Assembly (NCBI GenBank): GCA_964016885.1
Contig: OZ024742.1
Coordinates: forward strand, 300,762,001 to 300,826,000
Source: Eledone cirrhosa
Lineage: Eukaryota
Reading direction: 5' to 3'
DNA: 64,000 nt
Shown here: in pieces, positions 42,535 through 55,299 of the stretch
How positions within the stretch are numbered: the stretch's first letter is position 1
Layout: every line of letters starts with the position of its first letter
The notes under the pieces: model-generated
Databases searched by the model: none
Seen by the model: only the letters and a program-made list of their open reading frames with translations
What the model was told of the DNA's origin: nothing
Translations under genes and position numbers: made by a program

Positions 42535-43241
42535 ATCATCATCATCATCATCATCACTGTTTTACGTCCATTCTTCCATGCTAACATGGGTTAGACGGGT
42601 TGTCCTGTTGTGGGCAGTGCCCGGTCGGCTGACCTTGTCTTGCTCATACTCCCGTATGATTCTAGTTTGATGCCCTTCCTAACACCAACCTCATTTACAG
42701 TGAGTGCTGGGTGCTTTTTTTCCGTGGCACCTACACGACCACTTTACAGTGTGGGCTGGGTTTTTTTTTTTTTGCTGTGGCACCTCCACAACCACTTTGC
42801 AGTGGGATGGGGTGGGGGGGCATATTGTCTATATGTTTCAGCTTTGGCTTGTACCCGTGGGAAGTTGGGTCTTCTGTATTACTGCATGATGCCAGAGGTC
42901 ATGGTCCTGTGTCATCCCGTTTGAGAGGTGTAATTGGGTAAGGTCAGCTTTTATCACCTCATCCCAGGTCTTCTTGGGTCTCCCCATTCCACGGCTTCCA
43001 TCAATTTCTAGTGCTGTGCACCTTTTTATGCAGCTGACATCCTTCATATGCATCACATGTCCATACCAATGCAACCTCCTCTCCTGCACACAACATTTGA
43101 TTCCTCTTATGCTCAGTCTCTCTCTCAATTTGTTTATGCTTTGCCGTTCGCGTGTATTACTATTACACATCCATCGGACCATGCAAGCTTCGTTTCTTTC
43201 TAATCTACGCAAGTTTTCTACACACAACGCCCAGGTCTCAC
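42535..43241 (-). mobile_element. RTE LINE 3' fragment with 3' UTR and (GAT)n tail
   Basis: LRRLERNEACMVRWMC...RRLHWYGHVM...GSRGMGRPKKTW. Confidence 0.85.
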
Positions 43242-43304
43242 TTAGAAATCATAATTATTATTAATTAAAATTCAAATTATCCAAATAATGCAGTGTGAGA
43301 TTTA

Positions 43305-43515
43305 TTGGTTTGTGTATCAGTAGAACGCTGGACAACATGCTTTGCAGAATAGAGTTAGTTCCCTTTACGTTCTGATTTTAAATCCTGCCAAGGTTAGCTT
43401 TGCCTTTTATCCTTACGGGGTTCATAAAATGAAATACCAGTCATGCACTGTAGTTGATTTAATCGATTTTCCCTTCCTTCCAAATTGTTGGCCTCGTGCC
43501 TAAACCAGAAACCAT
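43305..43515 (+). mobile_element. Older tRNA-SINE family 1 copy
   Basis: GCTTTGCCTTTTATCCTTACGGGGTTCATAAAATGAAATACCAG. Confidence 0.7.
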
Positions 43516-43787
43516 TAAAATAATAATGAAATTATTGTGTACAGTGCTCAGGTGCACTGCAACTCATGAAATGTGCATGTATAGTATATAGAATAATGCA
43601 CAAATGTCAGGAAAGTGAACAGTGTATGAATCATGATATACATGTGTGCATGTGTATGGAGAGGGGGGGGGGGGATATCAGATGTAGTGTTGGTGAATTT
43701 CAGGAAGCATGGAGGTTTTAAAGGATGCAGTGTCTCGGCATCTAACAACTGGTGCAGGTAGTTTGTTCCATGCTTCAGCAACTCAGA
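43516..43787 (-). mobile_element. CR1 LINE 3' end, same family as 27575
   Basis: Reverse complement resembles the end of the ORF at 28830-28940 and its 3' UTR. Confidence 0.8.
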
Positions 43788-43856
43788 GATCAAATTATCT
43801 AAACAATACAGCCTGAGAATGACTGGTTTGTGTGTTCATTATTAAAATGGAGCAGC

Positions 43857-44047
43857 AGGGCTGTGGATTGGCAGTATCGGTAGAGAGTCGGATGCCATGC
43901 TTTCCAGTATAGTTACGTCCCTTTACGGTCTGAGTTCAAATCCCGCCGAGGTTAACTTTGCCTTTCATCCTTATGGGGTCGATAAAATAAAGCACCAGTA
44001 ATGTACTGGGTAATTGCTGGCCTTGTGCCAAAAGTAGAAACAATTAT
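43857..44047 (+). mobile_element. tRNA-SINE family 1 with target-site duplication
   Basis: Flanked by the direct repeat ATTATTAAAATGGAGCAG. Confidence 0.88.
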
Positions 44048-44084
44048 TAAAATGGAGCAGTAAAAGATGAAGATTAAATCTTAC

Positions 44085-44190
44085 CAAGGCTGTCACTACC
44101 TCGCCATACCATTTCCATCGTTTTGTCTCTCATCCTTTTGTCTTTATCCTGGAAGTCAAGACGGCCAAACATCATACTGTCATAACCAAA
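44085..44190 (-). CDS. MAN2B1: Lysosomal alpha-mannosidase exon
   Basis: ctccag/gtaag, 106 nt. [35 protein letters not shown]. Confidence 0.95.
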
Positions 44191-44289
44191 CTGGAGAAAT
44201 AAAGAAATAAAATATGATTGATTGATAAGAAGGACAGCATTGAAACATAAATAATAATATGGTAGGCAATAATAACATGGTAGGCAAAG

Positions 44290-44930
44290 GTGTTAGTGTC
44301 CTGGGTAATATTGGGATAACATGTGTAAGTGTGCTAGGTAATATTGAGATAACATGTTAATTAGCTGGGTACTATTGGGGTAACATGTTAATATGCTGGG
44401 TAATGTTGGAGTAACATGTGTTAGTGTGCTGGGTAATGTTGGGATAACATGTTAATGTGCTAGGTAATATTGGGGCAACATATGGTAGTGTGTTGGGTAA
44501 TATTGGGATAACATATGTTAGTGAGCTGGGTAATATTAGGGTAACATATGGTAGTGTGCTGGGTAATATTGGGATAACATATGTTAGTGAGCTGGGTAAT
44601 ATTGGGTAACATGTTAAGTATCTGTGTTTATTAGTAATTTAATTACAGTGGCTGTGTTTAGTACTATATTAGTTATTGTGGGTGTATTTAGTACTATATT
44701 AGTTACTGTGGGTGTGTTTAGTACTATATTAGTTATTGTGGGTGTATTTAGTACTATATTAGTTACTGTGGGTGTGTTTAGTACTATATTAGTTACTGTG
44801 GGTGTGTTTAGTACTATATTAGTTACTGTGGGTGTATTTAGTACTATATTAGTTACTGTGGGTGTGTTTAGTACTATATTAGTTATTGTGGGTGTGTTTA
44901 GTACTATATTAGTTACTGAGGGTATGTTTA
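44290..44930. repeat. Two adjacent ~30-bp minisatellites
   Basis: GTGTGCTGGGTAATATTGGGATAACATGTTA (44290-44615, degenerate) and GTGGGTGTGTTTAGTACTATATTAGTTACT (44640-44930, ~9 copies). Confidence 0.92.
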
Positions 44931-45026
44931 TGCATAGGTGCATAGAATTATAAATTGGATGGGTTTAAAGACCATCATGATAGGGTTAAAAGTGGAAAAA
45001 TGAGTTCCATAATTATGGATACCTAC

Positions 45027-45220
45027 TTGAGCAAAGAGTGCTGCAAACTCTTTTGAGTGACCAAATGGATCGACCTGCCAACCAGTTCGGGGTCTGGCAC
45101 AAGAACCAAAGTTCTTCTCAAGGAACTTAAAACCTCTGCTATGTTCCTCAATAACACTGGTATAGTGAGTAATGGCCTCATCAGCCATTGACCATGCTCC
45201 CAATGCCATCTCTAATCGAC
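45027..45220 (-). CDS. MAN2B1: Lysosomal alpha-mannosidase exon with the catalytic nucleophile (DPFGH)
   Basis: ttgcag/gtagg, 194 nt. GRLEMALGAWSMADEAITHY...RPRTGWQVDPFGHSKEFAALFAQ. Confidence 0.97.
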
Positions 45221-45242
45221 CTGCAATACAGAGTAAAGCAGA

Positions 45243-45727
45243 GGTTGGTGGTGTGATGGTGAGGTGAGTGATGGTGTGATGGTGAGGCGAGTGGTGGTGT
45301 GATGGTGAGGTGAGTGGTGGTGTGATGGTGAGGCGAGTGGTGGTGTGATGGTGAGGTGAGTGGTGGTGTGATGGTGAGGCGAGTGGTGGTGTGGTGGTGG
45401 GGTGAGTGGTGGTGTGGTGGTGAGGCGAGTGGTGGTGTTATGGTGAGGTGAGTGGTGGTGTGGTGGTGAGGTGGTGTGGTGGTGTGATGGTGAGGTGGTG
45501 TGATGGTGAGGTGGTGTGGTGGTGTAGTGGAGAGGTTAGTGGTGGTGTGGTGGAGAGGTGAGTGGTGGTGTGATGGTGAGTGGTGGTGTGGTGGTGAAGT
45601 GGTGTGGTGGTGTGATGGTGAGGTGGTGTGTGGTGGTGTGGTGGTGTAGTGGAGAGGTTAGTGGTGGTGTGATGGTGAGGTGTGTGGTGGTGTGGTGGTG
45701 AGGCGAGTGGTGGTGTGGTGCTGAGGT
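45243..45727. repeat. GGT/GTG-rich low-complexity minisatellite
   Basis: Units such as GTGGTGGTGTGATGGTGAGGTGA. Confidence 0.92.
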
Positions 45728-46034
45728 GCACTACAACTCATCAAAGCTACATGTATAGTACATACATATATGTTTGGGTGTGAGAGAGGGCCTATATAAC
45801 AGATTTAAGTTACATAGCCACACATCTCTCTATCTCTCTTAACTTTAGAAAATCATGAAACTTTTGAAAGTTATAAATTATTGTAAATAAACCTTTTTAA
45901 ATTGTATTTTTAGCTTCTTTTTCCTATATATGTGTGTGTGTGTGTGTATCTATGTGTGTGCGTGTTTGGGTGCATGTGTGCACATGTGTGTGTGTGTATA
46001 TATATATATAGAGAGAGAGAGAGAGTTAGATAGA

Positions 46035-47280
46035 CAGATAGATAGATTTCTTTATTAGCCACAAGGGCGCACAAGAAAAGGGGACAATACAAAGACATGC
46101 CGGGGATTTTACATACAGTCGTGTAAAAAATATAAAAACAAACAATTACAACAATCGAAATCCCCAATAGGGGGGAAGCACCACAAATGGGTTGTTTAAT
46201 AACCCGTCGATAGAACAACCCTCAACTCCAGGAGCGTGTTGTGCAAGTGCTCTTTTCTTCCTTTGCTCTCTTTAACCTACAGGCTTATAAACAGAGAAGG
46301 CCCAATCACTTGGGCCATTTTCGCTTCAATCACCTACCTTTCAGTAAATTTACTGGGGTGCAGTGCCTCTCTCTCCACTCTGATTCTCCTTCTAAAGTGA
46401 TACTTAAAGAAGGGAATCAATTGTTGTCCGGAGAGAAAGGCATCTGTCCTCAGTCCTCTCAATCTCGTCCACCATATAACTTCTTTCACCATAGCCACTG
46501 TACAGAGGAAAACCACCTTTCTTTCGTTTTTAAAGAGGCTGGCGGTTTGACCCTTACTATGGACTCGGCAGTCAACTGTATTTGTCCCATACGCGACAGC
46601 AGTTGTTCTGCATAGTTCCACAGGTCGCTTACGCCCGGGCAGTGTACAATTGCGTGCAGGACAGCTTCAATGTCCTGCGCGCATCTTGGACACGTCCGTG
46701 CCTGTAGATCTTGTCACGAACCGGTAGAGCTCCTCGGTAGCACTGCCAGGCCAGGGACCTCTGGAAGTTGTCCATAGGTCCCAGGCAGAAAGTCCTACCA
46801 AACAGACTGGTGAGCTCATCGTCTTCGACGCCCAGAGTCTCTCCGAGCACGTCGTCGCCCTTGTAATGTACAATCCCTCTATAGAATGTCGAAGTGGAGT
46901 CTCCACTGATTGCTGTGCCTGCTTGACAGAGGACTGTGAGCACCTGGGCGCATTCAATGTGCCAGGCGCCCAGCTTCTTCGGTCTTCGCTTCATCCAGGA
47001 CTGCAACTCCGTCAGCGAGACAAGTTGTGGGAAGGCCTGTCTCACAAACGGTGCCCACACCGGTTGGTCGGTGAGGAATACCTGGAGATGCTGTAGCCTC
47101 AGTGCATGTTTGTGCATCATTAGCCATGGTATCCCCAGCCCTCCGTTGGAAGGGTGTTGACAGCAGACGGATATCCTCACCAGTGGAGCCTGCTTCTTCC
47201 ACAGGAACTTGAAGAGCATGCGTTCCATCTTGGTGAGGTATTCACGGGGACAAGGCACGACAGTCAAGCGGTAGATAGTT
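46035..47280 (-). mobile_element. L1/Tx1-clade LINE 3' fragment
   Basis: IYRLTVVPCP...KMERMLFKFLW...CCQHPSNGGLGIP (the FLW...GGLG post-RT signature of L1/Tx1 ORF2). 3' end AATAAAG followed by (ATCT)n. Confidence 0.8.
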
Positions 47281-47353
47281 AGGTAAATATGTGTGCACTT
47301 GCACATGTATATATAGAAAGCAGGCAGGCAGCCATATGAGGTACATATCTTAC

Positions 47354-47527
47354 CTTGATTTATCAGATCTCTTACTTGTTGTCTCTTATATTCTGACTTG
47401 TCTTGCCACCATTGATTCATGAAAGCCATTTCAACAAAAATGAAACGCCTCGTAGGGTCAACCATCAACGCTTGGCTTGCTGTTTCCAATGTAGCATGTA
47501 CATTTGCCTGTTGGATATATGACATAG
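47354..47527 (-). CDS. MAN2B1: Lysosomal alpha-mannosidase exon
   Basis: tttcag/gtaag, 174 nt. MSYIQQANVHATLETASQALMVDPTRRFIFVEMAFMNQWW...VRDLINQG. Confidence 0.95.
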
Positions 47528-47601
47528 CTGAAACAAAAGAGAAAATATTTCATCTATATTCATCATATTCTTGGCACATGACTAAATATTGTAAGGACAT
47601 A

Positions 47602-47679
47602 CAGGGTGTCCCAAAAAATGTATGTACACTTCAACAACATTCTAATAAACATGTGTATAAATTTTTTGGGGACACCCTA
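47602..47679. mobile_element. Tiny Tc1/mariner-type MITE
   Basis: TA-CAGGGTGTCCCAAAAAAT ... ATTTTTTGGGGACACCCTA-TA. Confidence 0.7.
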
Positions 47680-48449
47680 TATTAGGTGTAATCTATTGAA
47701 TTAATATTTAGCATGATGTAGTACTGATGGTCATCATCACCATCATTCCTAATCCTGAAATAGTAGAGAAAGCTACAGCATGATGGGTCTTAAAGGTGAA
47801 AGATGCTGAAATTCCTCCTTGTAAGAATTCCACCTCATCCATTGGAGATGATGAGGATGAAATGGAGGTTGAGGAAGGCTGGCTAACTGTTAAAACAGGA
47901 GTAGAAAAGAAGAGAAGAAACCCCCAAAAAACCAACCCTTTCAGAAATCATTGAAAAAATATATTAAACAGTGTGATTCCTTGAAATACAGGCTTGTTAG
48001 AACCAATAACACTGGGCTGCTTAATAAAATATATGAACTGCAGAAGGAAAACCTAGTCAATATATGGTTGGACTTGGAAATAAAGGATTGCAACTGAAAA
48101 CTCCCAAATGATAGACTCTTTCTTCAAACAAATAAGGAAGTGTATGAAAAGATAAAATATTTCTTTCAATATTTCTTAAAATATTGATTAAACTACCCAA
48201 AGAAACTTTCTTTTAAATAATATCTAAACATACTTAATGTGAAGTTTTTGAAAACATAGCATGTATTTTATCATTCAGTATCATCACTATAGAGTAATTT
48301 ATAAGCATTGTTCGTTATTGTATTATGTAGCTTTAGATTTATCAGAGCAAATCCTATTATCTATAGTCAAAAAAATCTGTCACCAATTTGATTACCATCT
48401 GGGTAAAATTTTTATCAATTCATGCTACACATCTATCAACCTTATCTGT

Positions 48450-48755
48450 TTGGCAGTATCGGTAGAGGGTCGGACGCCATGCTTTGCAGCAAAGAGTTAC
48501 GGCCCTTTATGATCTGAGTTCAAATCCCGTCGAGGTTAACTTGCCTTTCATCCTTACGGGGTCGATAAAATAAAGTACCCTTACTATGGACTCGGCAGTC
48601 AACTGGATTTGTCCCATATGCGACAGCAGTTGTTCTGCATAGTTCCACAGGTCGGTTACGCCCGGGCAGTGGGATAATTACGCCCGGGCAGTAGGATAAT
48701 TACGCCCGTGCACTGGGATAATTGCTGGCCTTGTGCCAAAAGTAGAAACAATTAT
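48450..48755 (+). mobile_element. tRNA-SINE family 1 copy carrying a templated insertion
   Basis: SINE body is interrupted at 48577 by a 95-bp copy of 46550-46644 plus short tandem repeats. Flanked by TTATCTGT. Confidence 0.85.
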
Positions 48756-48994
48756 CTGTACAATGAGAGAAGTAGATTGGCAGAATCATTGACATATTGG
48801 ACAGAATGTGTTGCAGTATTTCATTACAGCCCTCTATATTCAGTTCAAATCCACCAGAGGTCAACTTTACCTTTCATTCTTCTCTAAAATCTAAAATCTG
48901 TCTTGAGTCTGGAGGTTCATCAGGCTGGTGCTTATCCTGGTTTATGTGGCATTAAGCAACTGAGAATACAAGACTTCCCCCTGGACAGATCACC

Positions 48995-49175
48995 TTCTAT
49001 ATGTATGTAGTGAACACATCTGTATGTATGTAGTGAATACATCTATATGTGCATAGTGAATACATCTATAGGCATATAATGAACACATCTATATATAGTA
49101 AACACATCTATATACATATAGTGAACACCTCTATATGTATGTAGTGAACATATCTATATAAACACAGTGAACACA
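48995..49175. repeat. ~22-bp minisatellite
   Basis: TAGTGAACACATCTATATGTA repeated ~8 times. Confidence 0.85.
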
Positions 49176-49597
49176 ACTATAATTATATCTATATATATGT
49201 ATATAAAATTTAGTATAGGCACTCCAACATAGCATTATACACATATATGTCCATGTTATATACAGGATGTTTATGAAAAACATTTGACAGCCTTCCTTTA
49301 TGAATTCTTTTTTTAAGGTTATGACCACCATTACACATCCTTAGTCTCAACAAAAACCAGGGGAAGAAACTGGCATGTAGATATATATATATAAATAAAT
49401 AAAATTAGAATTTTATGTGTGTACGTATACTTACTTACATTTATGTATCAGCTGTGCTAGGGCGAGAAATAAAATTCTAATTTTATTTTTAATATTCGGC
49501 AAGGCCAGCTGTAACTCGCTTGGTGTGCTAATGAGGCTACTCAGCCGATGTTTACTTAAGAAAATACTATATATTTTCACCCGTTCAACAGACTGGC

Positions 49598-49654
49598 TGA
49601 GGTATACAGTCCTGATGAAGGGTAATGGCCGAGAAACATGTTGATTGCTCCTCA
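49598..49654 (+). ncRNA. Hammerhead-like motif (weak stem II)
   Basis: CAGTC CTGATGA AGGGTAATGGCCGA GAAA CATG TT GATTG. Palindromic ACATGT stem III; stem I extends via TGAGG/CCTCA. Confidence 0.5.
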
Positions 49655-49787
49655 AAGCCAGAGTTGAACAAACAAGTGACGATCAGTCACCGGCATGGCA
49701 CAGCTTCCAATCGGGCCATTTAAAAATGAATTGAACATTGTTATTAGTGTTTGATATAACCCATACGTACATATGTATATGTACATA

Positions 49788-49834
<47 letters not shown>

Positions 49835-49848
49835 ATGTATACATATAT

Positions 49849-50364
49849 ATCATCATCATCATTTTACGTCCGCTTTTCCCTGCTTGCAAGGGTGGGACGG
49901 GTCCATTCAGCACAGCATCTCTCCACTTGTCACGGTCATTCGTCATCTCTACAGTGAGCTTCAGCGATCTGAGGTCTGCTCTCACCACCTCCACCCATGT
50001 TTTTCGTGGTTTCCTCTACCACGTCTTCCTTCTACTGGGATTTCTTAGCCCTTCTTTACCCAGCAGTCATCCTCCATGCGCATCACATGTCCATACCATC
50101 GCAGTCTCCTCTCTCGCACACTACAATCTATCCTTCTCAGACACAGTTTCTCTCTCAACACACCCATGCTCAGTCGTTCACGCACATTGACATTGCACAT
50201 CCAACAGCGCATGTTTGCCTCATTTCTCTCCAGCCATCGCATATCCTCTGCAGTTGCTGCCCATGTCTTACTACCATGCAGCATCACGCTCCTCACACAG
50301 GCATCATATAACCGGCCTTTCGTACGCAGGGAGAAACCCTTCTTCGTCAGCAGAGGAAGCAGCT
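49849..50364 (-). mobile_element. RTE LINE 3' fragment
   Basis: RSVMLHGSKTWA...LERNEANMRCWMC...RRLRWYGHVMRM and a (GAT)n tail. Confidence 0.85.
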
Positions 50365-50378
50365 ATATATATATATAT

Positions 50379-52728
50379 TCAGACCTTACCTTGGACGAAA
50401 ATTCGGACCTTACCTCGGACGAAATTAAAATAATACTAGCTGCTAGAAGGACTATCATTAGATTCGAAAATAGTTACTGGGAACGAAAAAACAGACAGAA
50501 TAGCTTCGATATCACAATGGGATCTAGCGACTCAGCGCAAATAACGGACTTGGTGGGAATATATATAGCACACAACTTAAATAAGGAATTCAATAACCTC
50601 CAAGGAGGAATTTACAGAGATGATACACTCTTTCTAGCCAAAAACTTAAATAATCAAAACATGGAAAGATTAAGAAAAAACATTAGAGTAAAAAACTAGG
50701 TCTAGGTATCACTTTCGAACTTAACTCTAAAAAAGCAAATTTCTTAGATGTAACTCTCAACCTAAACACAGGATTAATAGAACTCTTCCATAAGAATAAC
50801 GAAAATCTAGCATACATTAGTTATAACTCAAACCACCCCGATCCATAATTAACTTCATAGCACATAGTATATCCCTCAGAATATCCCACCTATCTTCGAA
50901 CCTAGAAATTTTTAACGAACACGCAAACTATTATAACATAGCTTTACATAAGGCTGGACATAAAGAGAAACTGGAATACATACTAGATAAAGACAACAAT
51001 AACAAACCTAATAACAGCAACACTACCCGCTCATATAGAAATAACAAGCATAGAGTTAGACAACGAACACCAAAAATAACAGAACACTAATATAAGGACC
51101 CCCAAGAACTATAGAAGATCCAGAGATAGAAAGTACCTATAGTTCAATCCAATATTCAACTCCTCTATAAAAACTAAACTACCTTCTACATTCTTTAAAC
51201 TAATAGATAAGCACTTCCCTGCACTACACAAATACCATAAAATCTTCAATAGAAAAACTATAAAACTTTCCTACTCTACTGCAGCCAACATAGAATCGCA
51301 CATACGTAAGATCAACCACAAAAATATCTCTAAAGAAATTAACCTACCAACACACACCATAGCACCAAATACAAAACACAAACACATAACAACATCACAA
51401 CCACAAACGCATCAGAACACATCACAACAAAACATTAATAGGCCTAAATCACAACCCACCCACAACTTACAAAACCGCCACGATGAACCTGCACAAAATA
51501 AAACCTCAAATTGTAATTGCCACCTACCGGATAAGTGCCCAGTACAGAATAGATGCCTGGATTCAAGTATGGTATACCGGTGTACTGTGAATTCAGGCAA
51601 TTCTACCTGGCACTACATAGGTTCCACGTCTGGGGAGTTTAAGAAAAGGTGGTACGTCTACAGACACTCCATGAAGAACCATGCACTGGAGAACTCTACG
51701 ACGCTCGCCAATAAAATCTGACAGCTTAATGACAGAAACCTAGAATATAAGATTAGCTGGTCAAAATTATCGGTAGCGAAAGCCTACAGCAACGGTATGT
51801 CCCACTGCAGGCTTTGTAATTTAGAACTACTATATATTTTAAGGTACGATGGGAAACTGCTTAACAGCAAAATAGAAAAATCTATTTTCTGTAGATATAA
51901 AATAGCTACTATATTCACAAACTTTAAACCACCATGAATTGAACCAGCAATCCCAAAACAAGTACTGAACCACCTAGATTTTAACATATAGAATACACAC
52001 CATCGCACTGCTATTAGCTATCAAACGGCCAACTGGTCACTGGATCATAAATCTCTGAACATTTCTTTCACCCTCTCTCTCCTGAAACAACATCAACCTC
52101 ATTAAGATAGAACAATCAGCAACACATTTACAACAAGCGTTTATCAAATGTCCCGTCATCCCTAGCCCATAAATATCATACATACATCCAGCAATTAATC
52201 TCTAATTTATTGTCTCTTTTATCGGACCCTCTACACGTATCTATGTACATCTCAAATCTAGCTTCCCACCAACGAACCCTTATAAGAACACTTACTCAAA
52301 AACTACTACTATGTACTTACACGATCTCACTTATTTATTTATCTCTTTATATTTTCCATTCTCCCATTTTCTTACTTTTTTATGTACCCTATCTTATATT
52401 CTACTTTTACTTTTTACATCTGTAACTTCTCTACCTATTTACCATACATGTATTATTATTGATGTTATTCTTTATATTATACGCTATTATTGATGTTATT
52501 GTTTTAATTATACGCTATTTCTCTATATAAGTCTTGCCTCGAGTGAATTATTTTCATATGTACATGCTCTGATGTGTTGACCATAGGTGAATAATATATT
52601 GGAGAGCGAATAACGCAACCTCTAGCGATTAGCGAACTCTAGACGCACAAGATCAATGAAACAATTGCCAGTACTTAAAAAAAAGCCCCTTATTGTACAG
52701 CCAACCATGTTAATCTTCATTCTTTAAC
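50379..52728 (+). mobile_element. Decayed, 5'-truncated Penelope-like element (Hydra-clade-like), (TA)n on both sides
   Basis: RT motifs FDITMGSSDSAQITDLVG, GIYRDD and FLDV. Linker CNCxxxxxCP. GIY-YIG domain SMVY...YIGSTSGEFKKRW...CRLC...LN. Contains frameshifts and stops; frame ends at 51937. Confidence 0.85.
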
Positions 52729-52744
52729 TATATATATATATATA

Positions 52745-53033
52745 GACAATATGCCCCCACACCCTCCCACTGCAAAGTGGTCGTGGAGGTGCCACGGCAA
52801 AAAAGCACCCAGCCCACACTGTAAAGTGGACGTGTAGGCGCTACGGAAAAAAGCACCCACCACTCACTGTAAATGAGGTTGGTGTTAGGAAGGGCATCCA
52901 GCTGTAGAAATAAAGCCAAAATCATTTCCTGTATAAGCAAGGCATGGTCAGCCGACCAGACACTGCCCACAACAGGACAACCCGTCTAACCCATGCTAGC
53001 ATGGAAGAACGGACATAAAACAGTGATGATGAT
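52745..53033 (+). mobile_element. RTE LINE 3'-UTR fragment
   Basis: Reverse complement of ~42545-42835, with a GATGATGAT tail. Confidence 0.75.
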
Positions 53034-53446
53034 TATATATATATATCAGAGTAACGGAGCAGCGTCTTGATAACGACCAGAGGCAGAAACAATGTTTGTC
53101 GTCGACATTTACCCACCCTTATTAAATAGCGCTACATCATCAGTTTCCAAATTAATAGCTGAAGGCTTTCAAAATGTTTATTCCTTTATTCATAAACATA
53201 CCAATAATTTTAGATATACAAAATACTCATACTAATATATATATATATATATTATATATATATGTAGGAGATGAGTTTTATTGTAGTACAATATGTTGAT
53301 TTAAAACTGTGTTTTTTAACCTTCATATCATGTCTCCCTATTTTATCTGACAAAAACGCAAATGTCATCTCATGATGATATTTGTTTTTGAAATGTGCAT
53401 AATAAAATACATGGAACTCTTTTAACCATCTTTGATCTTATATTAT

Positions 53447-53518
<72 letters not shown>

Positions 53519-53544
53519 TCACTAGAGCTGTCTGCTTGTCTTCA

Positions 53545-53624
<80 letters not shown>

Positions 53625-53627
<3 letters not shown>

Positions 53628-53962
53628 ATAATAATAAAATTGAAGACTAAAATCCAAAGAGGGCTCGATAAGGAAAATATATATCAAATATATAAGAACC
53701 GTAGAGCAAATATTTATTAAAATAACAGATTAAAGTTTAAGCAAAGAATCGCTGCTTTCACCCTTAACAGGATCTTCTGAAACTAACAAAGTCAATCTGT
53801 AAACGCAGAACTGGATATTTCAAAAAACGTTGCAACCGGAGGAAGACAGGAAGACGATACTTTGGTTCGTGGAAACGTTCGCTGACAAAGAACGGGAAAA
53901 AACGAATAATACGTCAATAATAGGAGCGTTGCTTAAACTTTAATCTGTTATTTTAATAAATA
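53625..53962. repeat. (TA)n-flanked mini-element with internal inverted duplication
   Basis: ~53711-53744 is repeated inverted at ~53929-53962. Same family as 31981. Confidence 0.8.
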
Positions 53963-54090
53963 TATATATATATATATATATATTTAATGCGATGAAATAC
54001 CAATGATGGTTGGAAAATCACTGATGAAGGACTATTTTTATGATATGTAACCCATGTGCAAACCAAGCAGTATTCTTCTTTCTTCTCATG

Positions 54091-54161
<71 letters not shown>

Positions 54162-54193
54162 ATATATATGTATATATATGTGTATATATATAT

Positions 54194-54264
<71 letters not shown>

Positions 54265-54385
54265 CATGTATATATATACATCTATATATGTATATATACA
54301 GTGAACACAAGCAGACAACTCAAGGGAAAATCTGAGTATGGCTATCAGTAAAATAGTGATATATACATATATATAATTTCCTTAC

Positions 54386-54488
54386 TTCCATAGTAGTACT
54401 GGTCAACATTCTTCAGCCATCCAACATCATCATGTGAATGTGGCACCAGGTGAATATTTAACATTCCTTCTTTGGTCGGGTTGCAGCT
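54386..54488 (-). CDS. MAN2B1: Lysosomal alpha-mannosidase exon with Zn ligands (HSHDD); most 5' exon found
   Basis: ttgcag/gtaag, 103 nt. [34 protein letters not shown]. Confidence 0.97.
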
Positions 54489-54744
54489 CTGCAAGAGAAG
54501 AAGAAATTAGCTTTCATAGTAGTAGTAGTAGCAGTAGCAGTAGTAGTAGTGGTAGTGGTAGTAGTAGTAGCAGTAGCAGCAGCAGCAGCAGCAGTAGTAG
54601 TAGTGGTGGTGGTGGTGACATTGGTGGTCATGGCAGAGGTAGGGGTGATAACGGTGGTTGTAGTAGTGGTAGTGGTGGTGGTGATGATGTTGATGTTGCC
54701 AAAATGCATTTCAGAATAATACTCAGAACAAATAGGTATATAAG

Positions 54745-55052
54745 CCCTTAAAAGGAGTGTTTCTTTGTGGTAGACCACCAAAATAAGTAATTTTTTCCTT
54801 TGGACCACCTAAACTTTTTAATTTTTGTAATAGAACTGCTAGAGACATTCTAACCACATGCCCATAGTATCAGAGCTGTGAACTTGAAATTTTCAAATAT
54901 AATGGACATGTGTGTAATTAAACAAAATATTATATTAGTTACATTTTTGTTAAATGGCTACAATTTTTTTATGGCTACGAATTCTCTGTGGACCACTAGA
55001 AATGCTATGTGGACCACCAGTGGTCCACCTGGACCACGTTGAGAATCACTGG
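54745..55052. mobile_element. hAT-like MITE remnant
   Basis: Ends GTTGAGAATCACTG (Charlie-type TIR) with subterminal GTGGACCAC repeats. Interior resembles ~38780-38890. Confidence 0.45.
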
Positions 55053-55062
55053 TTTAGATTAT

Positions 55063-55119
55063 ATAATCACCTTCTGAAGAAGACCCAACTAGGTCCGAAA
55101 ACCAATTAAAGGTGTTTAT
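55063..55119 (+). ncRNA. Type I minimal hammerhead ribozyme
   Basis: Stem I CACCTT/AAGGTG, CTGAAGA, stem II GACC/GGTC, GAAA ACCAAT TA. Confidence 0.7.
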
Positions 55120-55299
55120 TTCTGGCATGTTTACTTGTCTATATATATATACACATTGGTGCAATCTCAGTTACTCACTCCACATATATACAGATATGAC
55201 GTTATTGTACACTTCAGCTGCTTAGAGCACTTACCTTCCCTGTCCTAACACTCATCCCATGTCCTCACATCCCCCCCACGTCCTAACACCCCACCCTTC

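Noticed and set aside
46629-47525. 298-aa ORF as a mannosidase-L1 fusion protein
   Set aside because: It is read-through from the exon past a strong gtaag donor at 47353 into an intronic L1 fragment. Normal splicing joins the next exon in phase.
50076-50699. 207-aa ORF as a gene
   Set aside because: Chance join of antisense RTE, (TA)n and the decayed PLE RT.
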